Assembly: GCF_964204865.1 (NCBI RefSeq)
Contig: NC_135257.1
Coordinates: 16,306,001-16,370,000 of the forward strand
Reading direction: 5' to 3'
Origin: Styela clava
Lineage: Eukaryota
Length of the DNA stretch: 64,000 nt
The notes beneath the pieces were generated by a model, which was given only the letters and a program-made list of their open reading frames with translations, had not been told where the DNA came from and did no database searches. Below, in pieces: positions 12,701 through 26,038 of this stretch. The translations under genes were made by a program, and so were the position numbers. The number at the start of each line of letters is the position of its first letter. The first letter of the stretch is position 1.

Positions 12701-15700
12701 TGTATACCTAAGGCAAAACGATCGACGATTTTAGCAAAATGCACGCAGTATTAGCGACGAGTGGGAAACGTGGTACAAGAGTGATACAAGGGAAACACGT
12801 GGGGCAAGTCTGGGATATGTGGGTCACGGGGTGCAAGTGAGACACGTAAGACAAGACACCGTTTCAAATTGAGGAACATTTATATAAGCCAGTATTATTT
12901 CGATGATTTGTCGACCAATTTTGGTCATACCGCTTGTTCATAATAGACTGACAAAATGTTGTTTGATGAGGTAAAACACACTTGCTTGACAGACTGGCAA
13001 TTGTAGGTAACAATAAACTCATGAAACTTACTGAAAAAGATGTTGAAGTGCTGTATTGCCCAAGAAGTATTTCTTTCTTCATTAGAGGTTGATCATCCGG
13101 GTCTCTGTAACAAATAATCAACGTATTAATCGCCAGCAAAGCTATCCAACCATCATAGTGTCGATGGACCGAAGAAATATTTCAAATGCATTTTATCGTA
13201 AAATATTCTCTACTATTACAATAAGATCCAATTCATTAAGGGATTGAGATAGGCAGCTTTGACAGCTAAACTTGGCATTCAGACATTGACCTATACTAGT
13301 ACAGAAAGTGGTCATCAATGTCAAAGTGTTATCAAAAAGTTTAAACGTGCAATATTTTATCGTATCGTAAGATGTGGAAATGCGAATGGATAAGAAATTA
13401 CATTGAACAAAAATATTTAAGATCGATAGAGTGTAATAAAAACTCCCCAACTCTCTGGCAAAAAGCTTTACGAACGACTGCCACCGTTATTCGGCAGACT
13501 TTTTAGCTCAATCAGTTAGGTTTTTTGTTCATCAATTAGATTTAAAACAAATGTAAATTGATACAACTTTCTTTCAAATAGAGAGCCACTTAGGAAGCAG
13601 GTTTCAAGTTCAGTACTATAAGTTTTACAATATATTCGGTGACCATAATGATAGAAAATTGTAAAATCTTTTGCCAACAAACTACTCGTTTTGACCTTTT
13701 CTTAATCAAACTTCTAAATAACCTTTGCTAATGTAGACCGGTGCTTTCCATGATTTTGTTTTATAAATCAGTCTCGGAATTTAATGTCAAAATGTCGCAA
13801 GACTTAGAAAAATCAATATTTGGTAAAACATTCTAAGACCCATAAAAAATTGCCTTTCCGCTGAAGAATTGTTATATTAAACGTAGGGCGCTTCAGAAAT
13901 GTGTGTACCAATATGGAGGTAACTAATTTTGTTCGCCTACTTTACATCAAGTTGTGTAAAGAGACTAAAACCTATGGACAGTGGGTATATTCACTTGGCT
14001 AACACAGACAGTCTCCGAATTCGTATCAGAACTAAAGTAAGGAAAATCGGAATAATATTATGGCCTAACATTGTTATACTAAACATTAATCTATTATATT
14101 AAACATTGCTACAAATAATTATTTACATTAATTAGATTAATTACAAACACAAGATGTGAAATGGGTACCGCCTTAGTGTGTGTACCAGATTTTCCTTATT
14201 TTAGTTCTATAACGAGTTCGGGGACTGTCTCTGTTAGCTAAGTGAATATACCCCCCTGCCCGTAGATTTCAGTTCTTTTACACAGTTTGATGCAAAATAG
14301 GCGAACAAAATTAGTTACCTCCATATTGGTACACACACTTCTGGAGCGCTGTAAAATGTACCAATACTAGTTATGGTTTACATTTTCGGTGATGGTGGCA
14401 TGAGCACATCTATTTAAAAATGTGGAAACAATTTTAATCAAATTCTTTATGCACTGCAAGATACAACTTACAGTCCAGTCAGAACTTCCATGCTTGAAAA
14501 ATATTTTAGATTTTCACTTACCTTGTTTTATACCAATGCGAGAATTGAACAACTCCAACTCGGACTGACCCTCCATCAATATCGAATTTTTCAGTTATTT
14601 TGATCACCCAATCTTTAACCATCTCAAAATTAGCATATCCTATGGATCCAGAACCATCCAGTACAAACATAACTTCAACATTGAATATAGGACAATCTGT
14701 AAAATGGTTACAACTTCAGTGTCACATGGGGATTTGATAATGACAATGCGTTGATAGTAAGATTAGAGAATAATGAGATTTATGCACAAGGCCGACATGG
14801 GCAAACTACGGCCCGCGGGCCAAATCCAGCCTGTTGGGTAATTCAATCTGGCCCGCCTGATGCTTTCACAACCAAACTAAAACCAAAATTTAATGTTTCA
14901 GCTAAATAGCTCAGGGAATTTGTTGAGATTGTGATTAAATTGAGTATTGGCTCGAGTTTATTGTTTTTCACTTATGCTTTCGTAACACTGTAAATATTGT
15001 TAAAAAAATGTAACTTTTTACGTCACATTTCAATGGCCCGCCAGTCTAGGTGGACGAAATTATTTGGCCCCTGGTCCCAAAACCTTACCCACCCCTGGAA
15101 GGTCATATTGAAATAAAATCCATTCAAACATAACGAGATTATGCCTCAAGCTTCTATCGACATGAATTATAAAAAACGATTTGAACTAAATCATAAATAA
15201 ATGCTTCTCTTACATTCGTATCACGCGCTACGTATTCTTCCACCTATCACGTTATGGTGTTCATGAATGAATTAGTCAAATGAATATATCCCCCTACCCA
15301 TAGGTTGTGGTCCCTTGATGTGGTGAACTTGATGTAAAGTATGCGAACAAAATTTGTTACCTCCATATTGGTACACACACTTCTGGAGCGTCCATTGCCG
15401 AATATCATTACTTACTTTTAGTCTCTGAATTTTTAGTTAGTTTCCATGTTTGCCCTCTGTCGGTAGTTTGATAACAAAATCCTGGCTTATAAATGACCAC
15501 TTCACAGTTCATTTCTTGCATCGGAGAACATGTCTTGAAATAAGAGTTGAGAAATTTCAATTATATGAATATTCAATGTAGTGTTTATTCAAGGAAATGC
15601 ATGAAAGAGAGAAAAATAATTCAGGCTAATGAATCAGCCTCTGTATGCAGCAATCAATAAACATTACACTTCCTTAAATGTGTCATCGTGGTTTCTGCGA

Positions 15701-18700
15701 AAGCTTCGTTTAGAAAGCGATACCAGTCAAATCGAAACACATCTCACCGCCAGAACTGCACTTCATGTCCATGAACTTTGCCTCAAAAATCGTTTTAAAA
15801 CTTTCAACTTTTAAGACAAACGATTTTACGCTGCAAAGATTCATGGATAAAAGCATCACAGAAACAGTTATGGTGGGTATTTCAGATATCAATTTCAAAC
15901 CCAACACCAGTTTGCAAATCGTGAGAGTCTTTAGAGTTTAGAACATGAAAATAACAGAGAATACATTGCTATACGAATCTTCCCAAATCTATTGAACAAG
16001 TTATTTTTATGCAGGGTTTTTAAAATAAATTCCCCCAAAGCTTCTCAAATTTGGTAAAGTTTTTTTACGAAGGAGTCTGGACGATAAAACTACATATGCT
16101 ATCTCGGGTATAATTTACCGGTTTATTGAGTTGGTATAATTTGTATAAATTTGTATGCGCGAGACTGGAAGTGGTTGAAATTGAGTTACTGTAAAAACAC
16201 TTATTTAAAGGTCAAATTTTTGACGTAGACACGTGCTCAAATAACGTGACTAGTTTTGTAACACGTGACACCAGATAAGTCGAATGTGTGATAAGTTATT
16301 GGCAAATTTCCATGTAAGCTTTGACGTCTATTCCAGGTGAAAGTCATTCTAGAAATTTGAATGTTGGCGCGATTGCCAAACATTTATTTGGTGTGAATGT
16401 AGGCAACGTTAAAAGTCAGGCAAACACCAAAAAAATTGTATACTTAAAATGTGTTGATTGGAATTTTAATCACTAAAGGATTTCTTCACAGAAAGGTTGC
16501 CCAAAACGAAACCACAAGGCTTCGAATCAATATGCACATAGCCAAGTAGGCTACTAACGTTGTTGGAAAGCATTTTATATTAGATGTTTTGTTTTCTCAA
16601 CTGATGTCTTGACATATCATTATGTACCAATTTTGCATCGTTTAAAAGGATATATTAACATGACAACTTTGAATTTGTTGAAGTATTTCGATTTATATTA
16701 TTACGGTGTAAAATGAACCAGACACGAAACAAAATATTATATGTAGCCTATTCATATACCGTATTTTACGGACCATAAAGCGCACTTTAAATCCCCTTTT
16801 TCTCGAAATTCGATCATGCGCCTTATAAGACAGTGCGTCCAATGTGTAGGTCAGGTTGTGCTTTATACTTTATTGCCTGCACTCAAAACCAGTACCGGTT
16901 ACGTTTAACTCTAATCCAAGCAATTTATTTACGGTGCACCTTATGGACCTTGGAATGCGGTATATCAAATATTTAGGCTTTACCGTAATAACATCTTCCT
17001 CTACTACAGTGTTGCCTCCGAACAATCGATGTGAACGAGTGGGGTCGGATAAGGTGTCACATGATTTGTTGTTGAAAAAATTTGCGGTTTCGATAGAACA
17101 TGAGAACAGTTGACCTGGTAATAATATTGGTTAGTCCATGAAATACAGGATTAGACAAAATCAACACCAGAAAATGAGATTAACGAGTAAAAACGATATA
17201 TTTTCATTCAATTTGGCTACGTCATCATGCTTGATCAGTTCTGATCAGTCCATAACTGAACAAATTGAATATAGCTGTATACACGAGTCATGAGTCATGA
17301 TCAGAGTTGACAAAATTTATTCAAAACTTTAGCTTTGTATAGATATTTGTATTTGATTATTTGATCTCATTTTTGAAAGGTGTTATAAATATAAATAAAA
17401 TAGTTATATCCTCCATTTTTACCTCATATAGGCTAGTATACTTTAGTTCCTTATTTGACAGACAAAATTTAGAAGGTATAGTTTTCGGTTTTTTAATTTG
17501 ATGCAATTTCTATCTCATTACTTTGTGGCCTAAACACAGGAAAGGAAATTGTAATTGCTCTTCTTGCTCAAATCTGTGTCAAATTTGTAAATTGATGAAA
17601 AAAAAATCATTTATAATGGGCTTTATGACTCATGGTGATAATTAGCTAATCGGGATTCAAAGTAATTAACAAACAACTCCCTTAGTGTGTGTACAAGATT
17701 AGGGTTAAGCCATAATTTTATTCCGATTTTTCTTATTTTAGTTCTATTACGAGTTCGGGGTCTGTCTGTGTTAGCCAAGTGAACATATCCCCTGCCCATA
17801 AGCTTCAGTCCTTTTACACACCTTGATGTAAAGTAGGCAAACAAAATTAGTTACCTCTATATTGGTACACACCATTCTGGAGCGCAAACAAACGAATATA
17901 TATATATACGACAGGTTCTTCACTGTTATAACATGTTAAAGTCATAAGCTTTAAAAAGCTACATAGAATATAACGCTAACAGTGAAATCTCTTTCGCAAG
18001 CACATACCTGAATTTTGTTGATTTTGACCAGGGTTTTCTTTTACAGCGGATTTGTGAAGCTTAGAAACAGGAACGTCTGAGGATCCAACTATTAACCTGA
18101 AAAACGAAAATGTGGGTTAAAATAAAAAAAATTTATACAAAATTTGCGGCCTTCGAACTCAAGCCCGATCCCCTATTGCTAGTTTCAGACCATATTGTAA
18201 ATTTGGTTGGATTTCCAGTTATTTTTCCAATTTTTCTCATTTTTCTTTGTTTGCTTTTGTCGAAGATAATGAAATAAACAATGGATATGTAAATAGATAT
18301 GTATGTACAAGTTCAGAGAAATATAGAGCATAGAACTCATTGTTGATGTCTTGGAAGTTACGCTGTAAAAACACATCTACAGAGTATTATTATGTTTTGT
18401 ATTCACGAATTATTCACCTCAATAAAATATCGATGTGAATTTTTAATTTGTGATTTGTTTGTTCATATCATAATAGCATTTTTCTTCTAGAAGTTTTATT
18501 ATTTTTCTTTTACGCTTTTATCAGGCCCGTTTACCATTTTGAAAGTGGACTGAAAATGATTCTGTGGCTATTTCTAGTTTAATTAACCAGTATAGAGAGT
18601 TTCAAAATGTCATTAAATATACATTTCATTGCAATATTTATGAAATATATATTCGAAAGTGCACAACTTTCATTGAACAATAATTGACTTTATTGTTCGG

Positions 18701-21700
18701 CGTTGTCTATGTCTATTGACCTTTTTATACGTTCAGCTTTCCAGTCACGTTGACCAAATCTATTGTACACATAAAATTAGACTGTATAAAACTATGCCAA
18801 AATAATCACCTTTATCTATCCATAATAACATTATATGCACTTTCCTGTCTATTGTTAAATTTTGCAGCAGATCACGGTTCGAAAATGTGTTCACTAGCAT
18901 TTTTTTATTTTACTGATAAAGTGGCGCTCCAGAAGTATGTGTACCAATATTAAGGTAACTAATTCGCCTACTTTACATCAAGTTGTGTGAAGGGACTGAA
19001 ACCTATGGGCTGGGGGTATATTCACTTGGCTAACACAGACAGTCCCCGAACTCGTAATAAAACTAAAATAAGAAAAATCGGAATAAAATTTAAACACGCT
19101 ATGGGAGTACTTTTTTATTATACTGACAAAGTTTTACTTCAATTAACGATGTGTGTGCGTTTTCCATAGCTTAACAGTAAGTAAGTAGTAGGTCAATTAT
19201 TGAGCTAAATATAGAATATTTTAAAATTGAATTGTATCGCGGTTATATACGAAATACGTTGTTTCTGACGTCATGGTTTGCTCTGAATAATTGCATTTTT
19301 CAAAAACCTAATTTTAGATGATAAATAACGGTTTTTAGAGTCAAATATGTATCATTTAGTCTATTGTATTCTATTTATCTTGTGTTGCTTTGACAAGTGT
19401 TGGTTGAAAATTCAACCATTGTCATCAGCGTAGTTAACGTTTTTATGTTATATAAGAACAAATATATTGAAATCAAGAGAGCGGTGCTAAATATATGGAC
19501 ACGAAATCCCAAAAAAAGTAGCACTATCACAGCACCGGTACCGCAATCTTCACGACTTCGCCTGACCACCAGATATCAACTTGGTGCGCAATTTATAATT
19601 TTGATGACGACATCGCACACAAAAAAAAATAATACATATAGTGTGCACAGAAATTTTTGTAATAAATGAAAGTAATAGTCTTCTAGCGAAAAATACAATC
19701 TTAATCACTGAAAATTTTAAAGCTATTGGTTCAGTAGTTGGAGAAAAAAGAAATTTAAAATACCGACAAGAACAATAACATAATAATAACAAAACAATCC
19801 ATAGCTCACCTCGTGTTCGATAATGTTTAATTTTTAGATCATCTGCACAAGATGTATAAATAACGTATGGGAAAGGGACGAAGCGAATTCGATAAAAAAA
19901 ATATGATGCCTTTGTAATATATTAATCAAGCGCACAAACAAATGCCAATTATCCACATTGTACGTTAAAAACCACAATTATTTTTAAGCACTATTCATAC
20001 ATTAAAAGAAATGTTCAACAACAACAACAACACTTTGGACAAAAGTCGATTTAGGACTCATTAAAAATTATTGACTACGAAGTTGACCTATTGATCGTTA
20101 TGTTATCATGTTGTTGTTCGTATTCTTGTTTATGAGAAAATTGCTTTTCTCTTTATCTACTATACTTGGCACGAATTGCTTTAAAATTTCCGGTGTAGGT
20201 AAATATTGTTGGTGTCGATATAAGAATATTACATTTATTTAGTTTAAAAAATTTTTGTCGGCTGTATGGGACTCGTTTCTTGCTCAAAATTAAAAATTGT
20301 GCACCGAGTGGCGATTTCTCGATCGCATTTGAGCGATCCGGTGGTCAGACTACCGGTCATTGAAAGATTTGATACGGCGTCGTTTTGTCCGTCATGTAAA
20401 TGTTTATATTTGAGCATGTTCTAGTACAGAATGACCAAAAAAATGTTGTCAATGATACGCTACATATATCCGTCATTTCATTGAATCAATTTTTTTTAAT
20501 TTGTGTATATAAAAAGTTTGTACTCTCTAGTGCAGGGGTCGGGAACCTTTTTGGTCAAGAGAGCCATAAAATATACATATTTTCAATTGCATTTCCGTGC
20601 GAGCCATAAAACATTTTTTCACTTAATCCGGCCTGAAATGTTCACTCAAAAGTCAACACATACAATGTCAATATACATTTAATGTGATTTCTGATGCTGC
20701 ATCTAGTCGCTGCGGGCCTTGAACGGTTGCTCACATGCAGCCCAAGTTGAAATCTACGATACTCATCACCCTTTTTCGTTTAGGCATCTCCGTAGTGTTT
20801 TTAAAACTCTATCGCTCTGTGATGTCACAATATATGTTCCAGATTCCCCTTGTTTGTCACAATGCATGTCTGGTAATTATCTTACATATCATAGACATGT
20901 GCTGGACGCGCGTTCTCAAACGTATTGGGAATTTCCTGCCAAATTTGGCTATAAAAGAGTTTGAAATCTCGTAACAATAGTAAGCTTAGTCTTGGGATAT
21001 TAGATTTTTCTGAGAGCCATATGCCGTCACCAAAAGAGCCATATATGGCTCGCGAGCCATGGGTTCCCGACCCCTGCTCTAGTGTGTGTACCAGTGTCAA
21101 GGTTATGTATAATTTTATTCTGATTTTCTTAATTTCAGTTCTATTGCGTGGGGACTGTCTGTGCTAGCCAAGTGACCATAGGCTTTCCCCCCTTTTCACA
21201 ACTTGATGTAAAGTAGGCAAACAAAATTAGTTACCTCTATATTGGTACACACACTTCTGGAGCGCCGAAAGTTTCAAGGATGGCACTTTATTTTAGCCCA
21301 CCAATCAAATCTACGAACTATGTGTGTGATAACGTTAACATACCAGTTACCAGATTGACCAAACAAGGCAATTATATATATATCATTAAATATCATTAAT
21401 GCAAAGGTATGCAAAGTGTGAATGTCAATCGTGTTTGAAATATAAGGAAGTTGGCAACATGCTCTTCCGCTTCAGGTCGTCGACAAATTTCATAGAATTT
21501 GAATCACTGAGCGACGTGTCCTCAAAGCAACCGACAAATTGGCTCAAGTACAAGTTCAAATATTGTAATTTGCATAAAAAGTCTGTAGCATTTACACGGT
21601 TGCTCTTCTTATTTCCGTTATTTAAAACACATAAATTAACGTATAAGACTACCACAATACCGTAGGCTACTTGACAAAATTTCCTCGATTGGCTACGCTA

Positions 21701-24190
21701 GTTTAATTAAAAATTGCTTTGAGTATCCGTAACTCTGACGTTTTTAAGGCAAAACTTGAAGGGCAAGATATACAACGCAAGCGCAAGAAAAACATATTTA
21801 TAAATTAACAATTTTTCTTAAAATTATTGTTTAGAATGTAAGAGCTTTGAGGAGGGATCTTAAGAAAACCTTTTTAACACAAAACTTCATCCCACAGATA
21901 TGTACACAAGAGAATTTTTAGGAACGAATCATTACACAAAATGAAAATTCTATATTTCAATGGAATTTCCTGATATTTTTAATCGATAATTCTATAAATT
22001 AATTGGACAAAATACAGACGAATTTTCATACTCACGTCGAAAATTTCTATAATAACTATGATAGAGGTCTTATTGATACGATGTGTTAATTAATATATTT
22101 ATGGTTATTTTTGCACATCAAAATTTTTTACCTCAATATTTTTAACCTTAAATTGAACCTAAAACTAATGTTTTTGCAGAGCTACTGTTAGTCACTCGTG
22201 GAATCGTAATTTAACTTGGCAATCATATGATAATAAATTAATATTTATCTAAGTTGCGACCCTATAGTAACGCTCCCCTATCATTAGCTAAAATTTTACT
22301 TCATGCTTTTTTGAAAATTTCCAATTCATTTACTATAAAATTTTAGTAAATTTATTTCAGTATTACCGCCAAATATAATGGTATGTATATAGCGTAATGT
22401 GAGGATTCGAAACACGTTTTCGAGTTGCTACGAAAACCAATTAATCATCCACACATATATAGCTATCTATATACACAATACAAGGCGTCATGGAGGTTCG
22501 ATTGCCTTTGCCAATTTTTTTAAAGTTGGACAGTTCTGGAATTATTTTAAGAACTAAACCTTGTAATCGATATATAGATTTAACGTGATATTGGTATTAA
22601 GTAAACTTAGAGGTTGTCTTAACGCTATCAATGCAATATCGTGGAGTCGTGAAGTCACTCACTTTTCCATAAGCGAACTCAAAATTTAAACTCTGATCCC
22701 GACCGGAACCGGAAGTCCAAAAATGGTTTGAGATTTGCAATAGCTCAATAAATTAAATGTTGTTATATATTGTTGATGACTGACTCGTGCCTAGCTGTTT
22801 AAAACAAATGTTGTTTCAAAATGGTTCTGAACCATTAAAGTTTTATATAACATAAATTTTGGGGGTTATTAAAGCGGTTTAATTAGCCATACTTTGGCAT
22901 TGATTGCTACTTATAATGTAAAGTATTTTGGCAGTGCGACGCACATAATATTCTGAAAGTCCTAGTAGTTATAATTACATTATGACAATCAACAAACGGT
23001 GTTTTAACTGAAAGAATATCTAGTTTGAAGCTACATACTCAGAAACAATAACCGTCACCGATAGCAAATCAAGTAATCAAATATTTTAATCCTTGTTTTC
23101 ATACGAAACTTTATATATTCGTTGTTATTTATGTTGGCATTGATCTCTAATCCGGTTATAATCAAACAAATCGACTGTCTGCCACGAATCCGCAAGATCA
23201 TTAGTAATTTGGCACAGTTATATTTTTAGCTATCCACTCCTAAGAGTATCGATTCATTTTAAATTGCTTTTACTAACGATAGAAATCATGGTGGCAAGTT
23301 CATTGAGGTCAATAATAAATTTCGCATCAGCGCTGGGTGGCATACCAAGTATTTACTGGTCGTCAATAAAAAGTAAGCAAGCCTACAGTTTTTATTCAGC
23401 ACTTATGTGGGAAGCCTGCTGCTATTTCTTGGGTTAATCCCACGGACCAATTCATGTTTAAAAAACCTTCAAGGTCTAGTTTTATTTTTATAGCCGCAAA
23501 TATAACATGAATGGTTTCTTTACTAGCAAGCAAGAGTCTGAAGCCACACGAACTAACTCATACAAATTTAATTTTTAAAATGTTAATCAATACAACAGGC
23601 CCTGGGAATTTAATGCATCGTGTGTCTTGGTTCCAACTTTTTAGCTGATTTGTGGAAAGTTTTTTGTTGTGACAAGACATTAGCAGCGGGTCGAGATGAA
23701 CGAATTATAAGAAAAAAAATAAGCGCCCAACTTACTATAGTTACAACCAACATTCATCAAATGAGCTGCACTGCTGTGATAAAATAATCCAATGCACAAC
23801 CTATCTTGATAGACTTTAAATGAGAAATCGTATGTATATTATGATCGGCCATGACCAAATTTGAAGCTAGTATATTTATCTAGAGATTCTATGGTACCTA
23901 GAAATGGAATCACACATCCGTTTACAAAGTATAAGAATCACATCTTACCTTGTCTCATTATCAGATGCGTGAACATCAAAAGCAAAGTCATATCCAAAAT
24001 GAAATGCGTCTTCCCGTGATAGCAGCATCTTATTGTATCCTAACATTGAACCTTTGGGCCTCGTTATTCGTTTCACCGTTACGTTGTCGACATTGTAGCA
24101 TTCAACTACAAGGGTCGCCATGATGCAGCGAATAATCGCCGAAATCCATGTTAGCTTCGCTCGTTGGCCCATATTAGAATTTACTTTCAT
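9728..24190 (-). CDS. Integrin alpha subunit with inserted I (VWA) domain, N-terminal 424 codons only; exons 24190-23949, 18096-18008, 17114-16984, 15533-15416, 14696-14522, 13104-13032, 12240-12098, 11661-11556, 10579-10462, 9804-9728
   Basis: Signal peptide then YNVD mature start; FG-GAP motifs FGYDF...LIVGS...GQLFSC and FGG...TCSP...GFCY. I-domain with MIDAS DGSGS, TYT and LLTDG, ending VLEG, then YEMEMAEDGFS. All nine introns are GT-AG and phase-compatible. An alternative ATG lies at 24172. Confidence 0.9.
12446..12860. repeat. 9/18-bp tandem minisatellite (12446-12584) with a degenerate inverted copy (~12760-12860); foldback-like element
   Basis: Units CCACGTGT(C) / CCACTTGT(A). Reverse-complement units GTGGTACAAG and GTGAGACACG occur downstream. 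Confidence 0.75.
13887..14350. mobile_element. Two oppositely oriented copies of an abundant ~210-bp MITE; other copies at ~15270-15392, 17675-17885, 18923-19110, 20520-21266 (interrupted), 33070-33238 (variant), 34450-34671, 46144-46290, 48592-48794, 63098-63155, 63667-64000 (interrupted)
   Basis: Shared core GTACCAATATGGAGGTAACTAATTTTGTTCGCCTACTTTACATCAAGTTGTGTAAA. Imperfect ~24-bp terminal inverted repeats GGCGCTCCAGAAGTGTGTGTACCA / TGGTACACACACTACGGGAGTACC. GG termini with 8-9 bp flanking duplications fit a Merlin/IS1016-type MITE (inference). Confidence 0.85.
14788..15098 (+). mobile_element. hAT-type MITE, same family as 52079-52400
   Basis: GGCAAACTACGGCCCGCGGGCCAAATC...GGCCCGCCAGTCTAGGTGGA...CCCCTG is shared with the 52-kb copy. 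Confidence 0.75.
16759..16960. mobile_element. Tc1/mariner-type MITE remnant
   Basis: TA|CCGTATTTTACGGACCATAA ... TTATGGACCTTGGAATGCGG|TA: degenerate inverted ends with TA flanks. Confidence 0.5.
20533..21076. mobile_element. hAT-type MITE (544 bp) inserted into the terminal repeat of a 210-bp MITE
   Basis: Perfect TIR CAGGGGTCGGGAACC / GGTTCCCGACCCCTG and perfect 8-bp TSD CTCTAGTG (20525-20532, 21077-21084). Confidence 0.92.
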
Positions 24191-25718
24191 ATTTGACAAA
24201 ATGGAAGTCTAGGCACAACTGTTTAAAAATAGAAGATTTGTTTGCATACGACGAGATGAAATAAAAATTTTTTTTTTTTTAGCAATGTTGATGTGTAGTA
24301 TCGAAGCAAACAACGCAATCCCAACTAAACTCATTAAACGCCAATATATGAAGCAGGAAATTACAAGTCTTCACATAATACAAATATTTCCCAATCGACA
24401 TAGCCTTGTTAAACCATGTACTAAGAAGCAAGGTTTTGCCTAATGCGCTATCGAGGTCTCCAAAATCAGAACTTTATCTCAAAGGTAAATATAACACTCG
24501 TACTAACTAACAACCAGTATGCCTTCGTTATTCTTACTTCACTTTACCATGATTATATTCACTTTACCTAACATCTAACAGTATGAAAAATCAAACTATA
24601 TTTTTCAAAATCGAAGTATCGCAACGATATTCTATCTCGGTTCAACTACCATAATTAGGCTGGTATTCAGCAATAATACAACTTTAAACAAAAGTTTCTA
24701 CCAACAAAGAGTAGCTATTACGCACATTGACAGTTTTCGAAACGACCAATTTTTCACGTTGCGACCTTCTGCAAACTAGATTTTTTCTACTAAAATACAT
24801 ATGTGCATTCGAAAAATATTTATCGCTACACTGTAAAATAACTATGTAAGTTATTGTTGCTTTCACGGTAATTCTCATCAGTAGTAATCGGTTTTTGGAG
24901 CTTATTGATTGATTACTATATCACCAAGCTTAATTAGTAAAAAAATTCAAACATCACGGCAGACTCCGAAAAATCATTAATAAACAATTGTTGGAAAAAA
25001 GTTATAAAATTGTCAAATTACAGAAGAAATTTTATAATTGTGCGTCCGCGTGCGTCAAATTTTAGTTTGATGGATTGCAACTGAGCTAACTACGGTCAGC
25101 AAAAGGACAACATTTTAAAACTTTTAAAACTTATCCAGAAAATCGTGCCGGCATGGTAACGATCAATAAGCGCTCACCTCCACAAACCGGAAAAGTTTTC
25201 ACGAAAATATGAGTCCTGTGTTTTTACATATTCTATGTGGCGCATGACGATCATGTAATACCTATAATTTATAGGTCACAAACGCTGATAAGATATGTGT
25301 AAAATTACCAAAATCTTGATGTTAATCAAGTAATTACCATTTGTGAACCACATCGAAACTATGTTTTTAACATTCTAATAAAATTAAATACCTAAAGGCG
25401 ATCAACTATAAGGAAATGAGGGAATCCAAATTATAAACGTAATCACACACTTGTATACACTAGTATACATAATGCGGGAATGTGAACATTATCTGAATAG
25501 GTTTGTATGATATTATACAGTTGGGTGTTATTATGGTTATATGGTCAAAATCGTCATTTGAATGACCTTCTCCGCAGGTTGCCACATGACAGTAGTTATG
25601 ATTTTAAACGAAGCTACATAAGATATGTTTTAAACAAATACAATGTTACAGTAAAAATTTGTTCTATTATTAATGTGTTTGAATGTACAATTGCTCAAAA
25701 CTATTTATCGAGTGTGAA

Positions 25719-26038
25719 TCAGCGCTGCGGCGCATCGTGCTAAGCGTATGGAATGGGCTCGCCAATGCACCTCTGGGTTCGCAGGATCGAATCCCATGCA
25801 GGGATAATTATGTGCGATGGGATTGCTGGACTCCTCGTCGCCGTATGGTGATTCACGTAAGCGCTGGTCGGTTACGGGTTCCTCTGTCATCAAGTCCATG
25901 CATCCGAAAGAAGTAACTGTGTAAACTAATCCCATACCCGACATGGACTGGTAATCGGGCGAGAGGCTGTTGTACGCTATACGATTGAGCCGTCCTCTTC
26001 CTCGATTTATATAAGTATGTAAATTCTATCCTATCCTA
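25719..26038 (+). mobile_element. tRNA-derived SINE
   Basis: A-box-like GCGGCGCATCGTGCTAAGCG, B-box-like GGATCGAATCCC, GC-rich body and short (ATCCT)n tail. Confidence 0.65.

Noticed and set aside
17623-19169. Similar small ORFs (KGLKxMGxGYxHLANTD) at 17623-17844 and 18987-19169
   Set aside because: Both are chance frames in copies of the 210-bp MITE.
25719-25805. Functional tRNA gene
   Set aside because: A/B boxes are present, but there is no convincing cloverleaf or poly-T terminator and the sequence continues into a SINE-like body.
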